Part shown: positions 11,609 to 21,795 of the stretch, piece after piece
Numbering within the stretch: position 1 is the first letter of the stretch
Layout: every line of letters starts with the position of its first letter
Assembly (NCBI GenBank): GCA_963824995.1
Contig: CAWGRK010000001.1
Span: 139,094-203,093, forward strand
Source of the DNA: an uncultured Actinomycetes bacterium
GTDB taxonomy: Bacteria; Actinomycetota; Acidimicrobiia; Spongiisociales; DATADW01
DNA: 64,000 nucleotides
Direction: 5' to 3'
Program-made: the position numbers and the translations under genes
Notes under the pieces: generated by a model
Told to the model about the DNA's origin: nothing
Seen by the model: only the letters and a program-made list of their open reading frames with translations
Database searches by the model: none

Positions 11609-12804
11609 GCCATCTCCGGCGGTCGGACACGCCGTCTCGGGGGCGGATGCTCCGGACCCAGGCACCGAGCCCGGTGATGGCGACCACGGCGAGGATCGGC
11701 CATCCGACCAGGGGAACGAAGGGGAGCGCCACCACCAGCGGTGCCGCCACCAGGAAGTGGGTGATACGGGCTCGCCCGCCGCGCCACCATCCCGCCCACG
11801 GTGGTAGCCACCGGGACCGGACCAAGCGCCAACGCCGAGACCGAGGATCCCGACGGCGCCAAGCGTGAATGGGAGAGACACGGCGACGATCGCCACGGCC
11901 AGGTCGGGTGCGGAGAGAAACAGCACCAGCACCACCGCGGCGAGCAGCGCCGCAACGGAGAGCAAGGCGATCAACCCGAACAGGACCGACCTGAACGGCC
12001 GATGGCGAACCGAGTCGGTCGCACGGCCGCTCCAACCCGGGGCCGCCAGGTGGATGAGCAGCCCGCCGACCAGAAAGGCGAGGGCTCCCAACACCCAGGT
12101 GACCACGACGACCGAACGAGCCCGCACCGCAGGGACGTTGCTCCTCCGCCCCACCGTGCCCACCACCTCGACGTCGTCACCGACGACCAGATCCGAAGGG
12201 CGATCGGTAGCGGACGTCGCCACCCACCCGGGCACCGTCTGCCAAGTTCGAGTCGTCGGGCGTCGATCTCGATGTTGTCGTCGACATCGCCGGAGATCCG
12301 AGCCCGCCACACCCTGCCTAGGACGCTGCGACCCACATGACCAGCCACGTCGAGGCTGAATGCGGCAGTGATGATGTCGCCCGTCGACCGAGCCGCCATC
12401 AGCGACGATGACCCGTCCGGAACCGGCGAGCACGTCGCCACCGACGCGTGCCACGCACCTCGACGCTACCCGACAGCACCCGGACCGAACCGCCGACCGT
12501 CCCTTCGACTACGAGCGAGCCGCCGACGACCACGGCGTCGCCGTCGATGGTCCCGATCACCACGGACGTCCCTGGTGACGGCGGCCACCATGTCGCCACG
12601 CACTTCGCCCTCCATCCGCACCTGGTTGCCCAACGGCGTAGAGGTCGCCGGGGATGACCGTGTCCGATGTCAGAAGGACGAGATCACCCACAGCACGAGT
12701 CGGCGCCGGCGGAGGGACCGGCTGTGCGGTGACAATCAGGAGGGCCAGACCGGCGAGCGGCGAGCCGGGGCGCTTTCCTCGTACTCCTGGAAGGTGGTCC
12801 GCAT
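11599..12804 (-). CDS. Polymer-forming (bactofilin-like beta-helix) membrane protein (multiple frameshifts; boundaries approximate)
   Basis: GDLYAVG, GTIDGDAVVVGGSLVVEGTVGGSVR and GDIITAAFSLDVAGHVGRSV repeats followed by several TM segments. Confidence 0.65.
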
Positions 12805-12825
12805 CCCGCCCTCCCGGTCGGCGGA

Positions 12826-14286
12826 CTAGGGAGCGCTGTCGGCGAGAAGTTCGAGCAGGGGGCCGGGGATCACACCCAGCACCACGGTCACCGTGACCAC
12901 GACCACCGCCAGCCAGCGGACCGCCGCCGGCACCTCGGGCCGAGCCGTGGCCGTGCCGGGAGCCTCGGCATGGACCGGAGCGGTGAAGTACATCACCACG
13001 ATGACACGGAGGTAGAAGAAGAAGGCGGCCACCGATGCGACCAAGCCCAAGATCACCAGCCACTCGAACCCGGCGCCCCATGCGGCTGCGAATACCCCGA
13101 ACTTGGCCACGAACCCTGAGGTGATGGGGATCCCGGCCAAAGCGATGAGCAGCAGCGCCAGCACGGCGGCGAGGAAGGGCGAGCGGGTGCTCAATCCGCT
13201 CAGCGACCGCATCGATGTGTCGCCACCGCTGGTGGCTGCCACCACGGCGACCACGGCGAAGGCAGCGACGAGCACCATCGTGTACGCCACCAGGTAGAAC
13301 CACAGGTTGGGGACCGCGGTGGCGCCGGCAACCAGCCCGGTCAACAGGAACCCGGCGTGGGCGACGCCCGAGTAGGCCAGCATCCTCCTGGCGTCGTCCT
13401 GGACGATGGCGAAGATGGTGCCCACCAGGACCGACACCCCGGCCACTCCGGCGATGGCGCCCTGCCATACCTCCTCGACCGGCTCGAAGGCATCGAGCAG
13501 GATCAGCATCAGCCCGGCGAACCCGCCCACCTTGGCTATCGCCGCCATGAACCCGACGAACTCGGCTGGCGCCCCCTGATAGACGTCGGGTGCCCACGAA
13601 TGGAACGGCGCGGCGGTGATCTTGAAGGCGAGCCCGCCGACTAGGAGCGCCAAAGCAACGTAGGCGACCGCCGGCACCGTCCCATCGAGCGCCGCCGCCA
13701 CCTCGTCGAAAGCGAGGGCGCCGGTCCCGGCGTAGGCGAGCGCCACCCCGTAGATGAACAGTGCCGAAGCGAAAGACCCGAGCAGGAAGTACTTCACCGC
13801 GGCCTCGTCGGAGCGAGGTGACTCCCTGACGAAGCCGGCAAGCACGTAGAGCGATATCGATCCGATCTCGAGCCCGAGGAAGAGCACGAAGAAGTGCGCC
13901 GATGTCGCCATCAGCATGAAGCCCGAGGCGCTCACCAGTGCCAGCGCCAGAGCCTCGGCCCCTCTGGTGCCCAACCGAGACACCAGGGTCCACGCCGCAA
14001 GCATCCCGAGGGCGGTGGTGAGGATGATCACGCCGCGCCCCACGACGGCGAAGTTGTCGAAGCGGATCATCCCGGCAAACCAGGTCGAGGCGCCGTCCGC
14101 TCTCACCACAGCCCCCTGCCAGACGGTGAGCCCGGCGGCGGCAGCCAGGCTCAGCGCCAGAAGCCCGGCGTGGACCCGCGGCCCGGGGTTGCGAGCCACG
14201 TCGATCAGGAGGATGAGGACCGCCCCCAAGCCGAGGGCGATCTCCGGACCTACGGCGAGGAAGGAGACGCCGGCGGCCTCACTCAC
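12826..14286 (-). CDS. nuoN: NADH-quinone oxidoreductase subunit N
   Basis: EAAVKYFLLG, FKITAAPFHSWAPDVYQGAP and RMLAYSGVAHAG. Confidence 0.95.
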   Translation of the reverse strand: MSEAAGVSFLAVGPEIALGLGAVLILLIDVARNPGPRVHAGLLALSLAAAAGLTVWQGAVVRADGASTWFAGMIRFDNFAVVGRGVIILTTALGMLAAWTLVSRLGTRGAEALALALVSASGFMLMATSAHFFVLFLGLEIGSISLYVLAGFVRESPRSDEAAVKYFLLGSFASALFIYGVALAYAGTGALAFDEVAAALDGTVPAVAYVALALLVGGLAFKITAAPFHSWAPDVYQGAPAEFVGFMAAIAKVGGFAGLMLILLDAFEPVEEVWQGAIAGVAGVSVLVGTIFAIVQDDARRMLAYSGVAHAGFLLTGLVAGATAVPNLWFYLVAYTMVLVAAFAVVAVVAATSGGDTSMRSLSGLSTRSPFLAAVLALLLIALAGIPITSGFVAKFGVFAAAWGAGFEWLVILGLVASVAAFFFYLRVIVVMYFTAPVHAEAPGTATARPEVPAAVRWLAVVVVTVTVVLGVIPGPLLELLADSAP

Positions 14287-15811
14287 CGGATGCCTCCGCC
14301 AACAACCCGGTGGTGGGCAACTCGACCACCACCCGGTACCCGGTCGCCTCCGCCACCCGGTCGATCACGGCGTTGGTGGATGGCTCGATCCGGTCGAGCA
14401 GGACCTTCGGCTGCAGCCCGAGGAAGAGCATCAGAACCACGAGGGGAACCATGAGGGCGATCTCGCGCCCGCTCAGGTCGGGTATCGACTCGTTCTCGGG
14501 GCGGTCGAGCGGGCCGGTGAAAACCCGCTGGTAGGCCCAGAGCAGGTAGATGGCGGCGAGGATCACCCCGAGTGCCGCCACCACGGTCCAGGCGGGGAGC
14601 GCCACGTAGCTGCCCAACAGCACCATGAACTCCCCGACGAAGCCGTTCAGCCCGGGGAGCCCGATCGAGGCGAAGGCGGTGAACAGGAACAGCCCGGCGA
14701 AGATGGGCATCGACCCGGCCAGCCCGCCGAAGTCGGCGATCTTCTTGGTGTGCCTCCGGTCGTAGAGCATCCCGACGAGGAGGAACAAGGCTCCAGTGGT
14801 GACCCCGTGGTTGATCATCTGGATCACGCCGCCCTGGAGCGCACCTGCGGTGAGGGCGAAGGTGCCGAGCACGATGAACCCGAGATGGCTCACCGACGAA
14901 TAGGCGACCAGCTTCTTGAGGTCGGGCTGGACTATCGCCACAACCGCCCCGTAGATGATCCCGATCACCGCCAGGGTGGCCAGAACCGGGATCAGATCGA
15001 CCGAGGCGTCGGGGAAGAGCGGCAGGTTGAAGCGGAGGAAACCGTACGTCCCCAGCTTCAGCAGGACGCCGGCAAGGAGCACCGAACCAGCGGTCGGTGC
15101 CTCGACGTGGGCGTCGGGTAGCCAGGTGTGGAACGGAAACAGCGGCACCTTGATGGCGAAGGCGAGGGCAAAGGCGACGAAAAGCCACATCTGGGTGGTC
15201 CCGCCCAGGTCGAGTTGGAGCAGGTCGGTGTAATCGAACGAGATCGAGCCGGTCTCGGCCTGGTATTGGAACGCCAGGGCGATGATCCCGGCGAGCATGA
15301 AGGCCGATCCGAGAGCCGTGTAGATGAAGAACTTGATGGCGGCGTAGATCCGCCGGTCGCTCCCCCAGATCCCGATCAAGAAGTACATCGGGATGAGGAT
15401 CGCCTCGAAGAAGACGAAGAAGACGAACAGGTCGAGCGCCAGGAAGACCCCGATCAGCCCCGCCTCGAGCAGGAGGATCATCACCACGAAGAGCCGCCGC
15501 TTCTCGGTGATGGCGGTGGAGGCACCAAGGGCGATCGGCACCAACAGGGCGGTCAGCACGACCAGCGGGAGCGAGATCCCGTCCACCCCCAGGTGCCAGG
15601 AGATGCCCCACTGCCCGTACCAATCGGCCTGCTCGACGAACTGGAAACCTGGCTCGCCACCGGCGAACACCGAGAACAGGTAGACGGATAGGGCCAGCGG
15701 GAGTAGCGACAGCCCCACCCCCACCGGGAGCAGCACCTCGTTGCGCCGCGTCGGGATCAGTCCGACGATGATCGCGGCCACCACCGGCATGACGACGAGC
15801 GCGGTCAGCAT
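14279..15811 (-). CDS. nuoM: NADH-quinone oxidoreductase subunit M
   Basis: GVDGISL, FFEAILIPMYFLIG, KVPLFPFHTWLPDAHVEAPT and KKLVAYSSVSH. Confidence 0.95.
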   Translation of the reverse strand: MLTALVVMPVVAAIIVGLIPTRRNEVLLPVGVGLSLLPLALSVYLFSVFAGGEPGFQFVEQADWYGQWGISWHLGVDGISLPLVVLTALLVPIALGASTAITEKRRLFVVMILLLEAGLIGVFLALDLFVFFVFFEAILIPMYFLIGIWGSDRRIYAAIKFFIYTALGSAFMLAGIIALAFQYQAETGSISFDYTDLLQLDLGGTTQMWLFVAFALAFAIKVPLFPFHTWLPDAHVEAPTAGSVLLAGVLLKLGTYGFLRFNLPLFPDASVDLIPVLATLAVIGIIYGAVVAIVQPDLKKLVAYSSVSHLGFIVLGTFALTAGALQGGVIQMINHGVTTGALFLLVGMLYDRRHTKKIADFGGLAGSMPIFAGLFLFTAFASIGLPGLNGFVGEFMVLLGSYVALPAWTVVAALGVILAAIYLLWAYQRVFTGPLDRPENESIPDLSGREIALMVPLVVLMLFLGLQPKVLLDRIEPSTNAVIDRVAEATGYRVVVELPTTGLLAEASGE

Positions 15812-15959
15812 GAGCCCCGGGGCAGACGGCAGACGGCAGACGGCAGACGGAAGAACAGCGAGCACAGTTGGGAGTTCGGCAGCCCCCCTACCCGCTGCTC
15901 CGCAGCGGGGCCCTCCCCCTACGGGGGGACGGAGACGAGGGCGCGAGCGGAGCGAGCGG
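15812..15959. repeat. Composite intergenic element: (GCAGACG)4, GC hairpins and a GGCGCGAGCGGAGCGAG motif
   Basis: Heptamer array at 15822-15849; CCCTCCCCC-TAC-GGGGGGA hairpin near 15911-15929; 17-mer at 15940-15956. Confidence 0.75.
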
Positions 15960-17860
15960 TCATGTTCCGGCCGCCACGAACCAGACGACGAGGGCGACGG
16001 CGCCGGCGGCGAGGAGGACGGCGTAGCTCCGCACCATCCCGCTCTGCACCGGGCGGAGCGAGCGGCCGATCGTTGAGACGAGACCACCAACGCCGTTGAC
16101 CGTCCCGTCGATCACCTTTGGCGTCGATGTCGAAGGCGGCAATCCCGGCCAGCCGGCGACCAGGCTCGGCGAGCGCGCGGTCGTATGCGAGGTCCACCCC
16201 GTAACCGGTCTCCCACATGCGGAGCACGCCGGAGAGACGCTCTCCGAGCCTCTGTCGGAAGCCGGCGGGGCCGAGGTAGATCATGGCGGCGATGGCGATG
16301 CCGGCCAGCCCGGCGAAGGTCGAGACGGCGGCGAGCATCCAAACCAGCGGGCTGCCCGGCGGGTGAGCCTGGGTTATCCCCTCGAACGACGGCTCGAGGA
16401 AAAGCTCCAACCCGGGGTAGAAGGGTGTGTTGACGAACCCGGCGACCACGGTGAGCACGGCCAAACCGACCAGCGGCAAGGTCATCACCCTGGGCGACTC
16501 GTGGGGGTGGGCTCCCTCGGCCCACCTCGGCTCACCCATGAAGGTGAGGATGAACCACCTCGTCATGTAGAAGGCGGTCAGCCCCGCCGTGAGCAGACCA
16601 ACCGCCCAGAGGACGTAGTACCACCCACCGCGTTCGAAGGTGGCGGCGAGGATGTCGTCCTTTGACCAGTACCCGGATATGGGTGGGATCCCCGATATGG
16701 CGAGGACGGCGATGGCCGAGGTCACCGCGGTGACCCGCATCGGCCGGAACAGCCCGCCCATCCTTGTCATGTCCTGCTCGTCGCCCATGGCGTGTATCAC
16801 CGACCCGGCGGCGAGGAACAGCAGCGCCTTGAAGAAGGCATGGGTCATGAGGTGGAAGAGGCCGGCGGTGTACGCGGTGACTCCCACCGCCATCACCATG
16901 TAACCGAGTTGGCTGATGGTGGAGTAGGCGAGCACCCGCTTTATGTCGTTCTGGGCGATGGCGATGGTGGCGGCGAACAGGGCCGTGGCGGCCCCCACGA
17001 CGGCCACGGTGTCGGAGGCGAACGGCGAGAGCGCAAAGATCGGGGCGGTCCTCGCCACCAGATAGACCCCGGCGGTGACCATGGTTGCGGCGTGGATCAG
17101 GGCGGATACCGGTGTCGGCCCCTCCATGGCGTCGGGGAGCCACACATACAGCGGGATCTGTGCTGACTTCCCGGCGGCGGCCAGCAAGAGGAGCAGACCG
17201 ACCGCGGTCGCCGCCCCCTCGGAGAGAAGCGCACCCGGGTCCTCGAGCACCTCGCCGAACGACAGCGTTCCGAAGGTGGCGAACACGATCATCAGGGCGA
17301 CCATGAACCCGAAGTCACCGATCCGGTTGACCACGAAGGCCTTGGTCCCAGCCGAGGCTGCCGTCGGTCTGACGAACCAGAACGAGATCAGCAGGTAGGA
17401 GCAGAGTCCGACCAACTCCCACCCGAGGAAGAGGACGGCGAAGTTGCCGGCGAGAACCAGGGTCAGCATCGAGGCGGCGAAGAGGTTCAGGTAGCAGAAG
17501 AACCGCCCGAACCGGGGGTCGCCATGCATGTACCCGATGGCGAAGACGTGGATCAGCGTGCCGACGCCGGTGACTACGAGCGTCATCATCGCCGACAGCG
17601 GGTCCCAGGAGAACTCCCAGGCGGCGCCGACCGCAGGCATCCATTCCGCCAGAGTGACCAGGTGGGGCTCGCCGTCTCCAGAGAAGAAGGGGACCGATGG
17701 CGACGGCCGATACCAGGAAGGAGAACCCGAGGAGCATCGTCGCCAGCCATCCGCCCATCGGTTCGCCGATGCGCCTGCCGAAGAAGAGCAGGATGGCCGC
17801 ACCGGCAAGCGGGAAGAGCGGGACCAACCAGATCCAGTCGGCCAGCGACTCGAGGCTCAT
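15960..17860 (-). CDS. nuoL: NADH-quinone oxidoreductase subunit L (frameshifts near 17700 and 16117)
   Basis: GWELVGLCSYLLI, GKSAQIPLYVWLPDAMEGPTPVSALIHAATMV and THAFFKALLFL. Confidence 0.95.
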
Positions 17861-17890
17861 CGCCGCTTGCCCCCCGGTGACTCCATCGCC

Positions 17891-18196
17891 TCAGCCCCGC
17901 AACTCGTCGAGATCGTCCACCGACGCCGAGGCGCGGCGTCGGAACACGGCGACGATGATCGCCAACCCGACCACCACCTCGGCCGCCGCCACCACGAGCA
18001 CGAAGAACACCGCGACCTGGCCGTCGAGGTCGCCGAGCGCCCGCCCGGCCGAGACGAGCGTCAGGGCGACGGCGTTGAGCATCAACTCGATCGACATGAA
18101 CATGATCAGGGCGTTCCGCCGCAGCAGCAGACCGACGGCGCCGATGAGAAAGAGGATGGCGGCGAGGGTCATGTACCAGCCGGGGGTGACGGTCAT
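17891..18196 (-). CDS. nuoK: NADH-quinone oxidoreductase subunit K
   Basis: [17 protein letters not shown] and [12 protein letters not shown]. Confidence 0.95.
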   Translation of the reverse strand: MTVTPGWYMTLAAILFLIGAVGLLLRRNALIMFMSIELMLNAVALTLVSAGRALGDLDGQVAVFFVLVVAAAEVVVGLAIIVAVFRRRASASVDDLDELRG

Positions 18197-18731
18197 CGCT
18201 CGGCGCTCCTGCGTTTGCGGACTGGTCTGAAGTAGGCGAGGGCGATCGCCCCGGCCGCCGCCACCACCAGCAACAGCGAGGTCACCTCGAAGGCGAGCAC
18301 CCATTCCTCGAAGAGCACGGTTGACACCGCCTGGACCGTCCCGTTGGGGGCCTCGGCCGAGGCCGGAGCCGCCGGTACCCAGGTCCACTGGTCCCGCAGC
18401 ACGAGCACCCCGGCGCCCACCACCACGATCAGAACCAACGCAGCCACCAGCGCCCGCTGACGTGGGATGCGCTCCTCGGTGTCCTCGGCCGGTCCACCCC
18501 GATGAACATGATCACGAAGAGGAACAGGGTGAGCACCGCCCCGGCGTAGACGATGATCTGGACCATGGCAACGAACTGGGCGGACTGGACGACGTAGAAC
18601 ACCGCCAGCGAGACCATCGTCGCCAGCAGCCCGATGGCGCTGTAGATCGGGTTACGGGAAAAGACGACCGCCAGCGCCCCGGCGACCGCCACGATGGCGA
18701 AGATCACGAAGAGGACGAGTTCAACAGTCAT
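18193..18731 (-). CDS. nuoJ: NADH-quinone oxidoreductase subunit J (frameshifted)
   Basis: [17 protein letters not shown] and FEVTSLLL. Confidence 0.9.
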
Positions 18732-18759
18732 GGACGGCGGACGGCGGACGGCGGACGGC
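18732..18759. repeat. Heptamer tandem array (GGACGGC)4 between nuoI and nuoJ
   Basis: Read directly from the sequence. Confidence 0.9.
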
Positions 18760-18771
18760 GGCCAGAGGGGG

Positions 18772-19415
18772 TCACTCCGGCTCCTCTTCGTCGAGCCGGG
18801 CGGAGGGCGAAGCGGTCTGGGCGGGTTCGGGGTCAGGGAGGCCGATGCCGGCGACGGGGGTCCAGGCGGCGACTCCGGAGTAGGCGGCGCGGCCGGATGG
18901 TGCGGTCGCTCGTAAGCCACCCATCGGGTTGTTGCAGTTCGGCGAGGTCGGCCATCGAGTCGGAGGGGAACATGTGGGGGACGGTGCCCTCGGTGTCCAT
19001 GAGGAGCGTGTCGCGGGTGTAGATGGCGTCGTCCCGGTTGGTGGTGGACATCTCGAAGAGATGGCTCATGGTGATGGCCTCCGTGGGGCAGGCCTCGACG
19101 CAGAGCCCGCAGAAGATGCACCGCAGCAGGTTGATCTCGTAGATGTACCCGTACCGCTCCCCCGGGCTGACCGGTGAGTCCGGGCGGGTTGTCGGCTCCC
19201 CGCACATAGATGCAGCGAGCCGGGCAGGCACCGGCGCACAGCTCGCACCCGATGCACTTCTCCATGCCGTCGGGATACCTGTTGAGCACATGGCGTCCGT
19301 GGAACCGCTGCGGCTTGACCCGGTGCTCCTTGGGGTACTCGGTGGTGATCCGCGGCCGGAACATCTGCGACAGCGTCACCCGCAGACCCTTCGCCAGCTC
19401 GGTCAGCATGCCCAC
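18772..19415 (-). CDS. nuoI: NADH-quinone oxidoreductase subunit I (frameshifts near 19185 and 18915)
   Basis: [12 protein letters not shown] and [12 protein letters not shown]; reconstructed tail ...ARLDEEEPE* stops at 18772. Confidence 0.93.
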
Positions 19416-19419
19416 GTCG

Positions 19420-20531
19420 TCACTCCCACGGGAAGCCGAATTGACGTACCGAGATCACCACGGTCGAGACCATCAGCCAGACGAGCGCCGCCGGGATCAG
19501 CCGCTTCCACCCGAGCTGCATGAGCTGGTCGTAACGGAAGCGCGGCAGCGTCGCCCTGATCCAGATGTAGACGAAGAGCAGCGCAACGACCTTGATCAGG
19601 AACCACATGATCGGCAGGAGCGCTGAGATCCAGCCTGGAATCGACCCCTCCCAGGTAGGCCCGTCCCACCCGCCCAGGAAGAGAGTGGTCGCCACCGCGG
19701 CCATCGAGATCATGGCGGTGTACTCGGCGAGGAAGAACATCCCGAAGCGGAGACCGGAGTACTCGGTGTGGAACCCACCGACCAGTTCCTGTTCGGCTTC
19801 TACCAGGTCGAATGGCGCCCGGTTGGTCTCGGCGACGGCGGCGATGCAGAAGATGACGAAGGCGATGATCTGTGGAAAGAGGTTCCAGCGGGGCACGAAT
19901 TGGAGGACCGGGGCGAGAGTGGGGAAGACCTCGGCCCATGTGCCCCGCTGCCGCTCGACGATCTCGACCATCGAGAGGGTGCCCCCGTCGGGAGAGGCGG
20001 TGGCGGCGAACATGACCACGGCCACCATCGCCAGACCAAGGGCTGCTTCGTACGAGATCGCCTGGGCCGATGCCCTCACCCCACCGAGCAGCGGGTACTT
20101 CGAACCTGAGGACCAGCCGGCGAGCACCGTGCTGTAGACGGCGATCGATGACATGGCGAGGACGAAGAGGACACCGACATTGAGGTCCGCTCCGACCAGG
20201 GCCACCTCGCGGCCGGCGATGGTCACGGTCCCGCCGATAGGGCACGACCATCATCGTGGAGAAGGCCGGGATGACGGCAAGGAAGGGTGCCAGCAGGAAC
20301 AGCCCGATCTGGGCCTTGGTCGGGCTCACCTGCTCCTTGAAGAAGAGCTTGAGCCCGTCGGCGATGGTCTGCAGCATCCCGAATGGCCCGGCCCGCTTGG
20401 GACCTATCCGGTTCTGCATGTCGGCGAGGATCTTGCGCTCGCCCCAGATGAGGAAGACGACGATGACCACCACCAGGACGAAGACTGCGATGGTCTTGCC
20501 CAGAGGCGATCAGAACGTCGATGCCGTCCAT
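19420..20531 (-). CDS. nuoH: NADH-quinone oxidoreductase subunit H (frameshifted; start approximate)
   Basis: [45 protein letters not shown] and [10 protein letters not shown]. Confidence 0.95.
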
Positions 20532-20630
20532 CAGATGGCAGAGAAGGCGTTGCTGGTTCTGGTCATCGCCTCGGTTGAGCATAGGGAGCGCCTGGTAGGG
20601 CGGCCAAGCTCAGTCGCTCGCTGGGCTCGC

Positions 20631-20665
20631 CGGACGGCGGACGGCGGACGGCGGACGGCGGACGG
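20631..20665. repeat. Heptamer tandem array (CGGACGG)5 in the nuoH/SPFH divergent gap
   Basis: Five exact copies. Confidence 0.9.
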
Positions 20666-20704
20666 CAAGACAACCGACCCACCTACCACGACACACCCCA
20701 CGTG

Positions 20705-20723
20705 TGATATCATCGTGATATCA
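20705..20723. promoter_or_regulatory. Tandem palindromes TGATATCA-N3-TGATATCA, candidate RHH operator
   Basis: Directly upstream of the AGGAGG SD of the SPFH gene; the operon encodes an Arc-like protein. Confidence 0.65.
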
Positions 20724-20738
20724 CCGTTGTAGGAGGAT

Positions 20739-21612
20739 GTGATGGACGAGCGCCCGGCGCCGTCGCTGTCCGGATGGCTGATGTTGTTGGTGGTCGTGAT
20801 CCTGGCCGGGGTCGCCGGTTGGGGTGGCTACCAGATCTCGCTCGGCGCCGACGAGGTGTTGTGGGCATGGGGAGCGGGCATCTCGGTCGTCCTGTTGCTG
20901 GTCCTGGTCAGCGGATTCGTCGTCAACCCGCCGAACATGTCGCGCGTCCTGACCTTTGTCGGCCGCTATGTGGGGACGGTGCGACGAAACGGCTTCTCGT
21001 GGAGCTACCCGCTGACGGCCGGGAGCGAGTGAGTCTTCGGATCCAGAACTTCGAGTCCGAGATTCTCAAGGTCAACGATGCCAACGGAAACCCGGTCGAG
21101 GTGGCCGCCGTGGTGGTGTGGCGGGTGCTCGACACGGCCAAGGCCGCATTCGAGGTGCAGGACTACGAGGGGTTCGTCAAGATCCAGACCGAGACCGCGA
21201 TCGACACATGGCCTCGCGAGTACCCGTACGACGCCTACCGCGACGGCGATCCATCGCTCCGGGCCAACGCCGACGAGGTCACCGCATCGCTGCACCACGA
21301 GTTGCAGGACCAGTTGCTGCTCTCGGGTGTCGAGGTGATGCGGACCCAGTTGCGCCGGCTGGCATACGCCCCGGAGATCGCAGCCGACATGCTGCGCCGC
21401 CAGCAGGCCGAGGCGGTGGTGGCTGCCCGGCAGCGGATCGTCGAGGGGGCGGTGGGGATGGTCGACCACGCACTGGAGATGCTGAGCGAACAGGGCAAAT
21501 CGTCGAACTCGACGAAGAGCGCAAGGCCGCCATGGTCTCCAACCTGCTGGTGGTGCTCTGCAGCGAGCACCAGGTGCAGCCGGTGCTCAACGCGGGCACC
21601 CTCTACCAGTGA
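20739..21612 (+). CDS. SPFH/band-7 domain membrane protein (frameshifts near 21025 and 21495)
   Basis: Two N-terminal TMs; [53 protein letters not shown]...NAGTLY. Confidence 0.9.
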
Positions 21613-21618
21613 CGACCA

Positions 21619-21792
21619 TTGGCAGAGCGCAAGGCCTTCCTCCTACGAATCGATCCCCAGGTGCACGCCGCCCTGGAGAAGTGGGCCGCTGACGAGCTAC
21701 GCAGTCTCAACGGCCAGATCGAGTTCCTGTTGACTCAGGCGCTGCGCGATGCGGGGAGGGAGCGCCACACCGAGCGGTCGAAGGAGGGCTGA
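21619..21792 (+). CDS. Arc-like ribbon-helix-helix DNA-binding protein (57 aa; not in the ORF track)
   Basis: TTG start; [38 protein letters not shown]. Confidence 0.85.
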   Translation: MAERKAFLLRIDPQVHAALEKWAADELRSLNGQIEFLLTQALRDAGRERHTERSKEG

Positions 21793-21795
21793 GCT

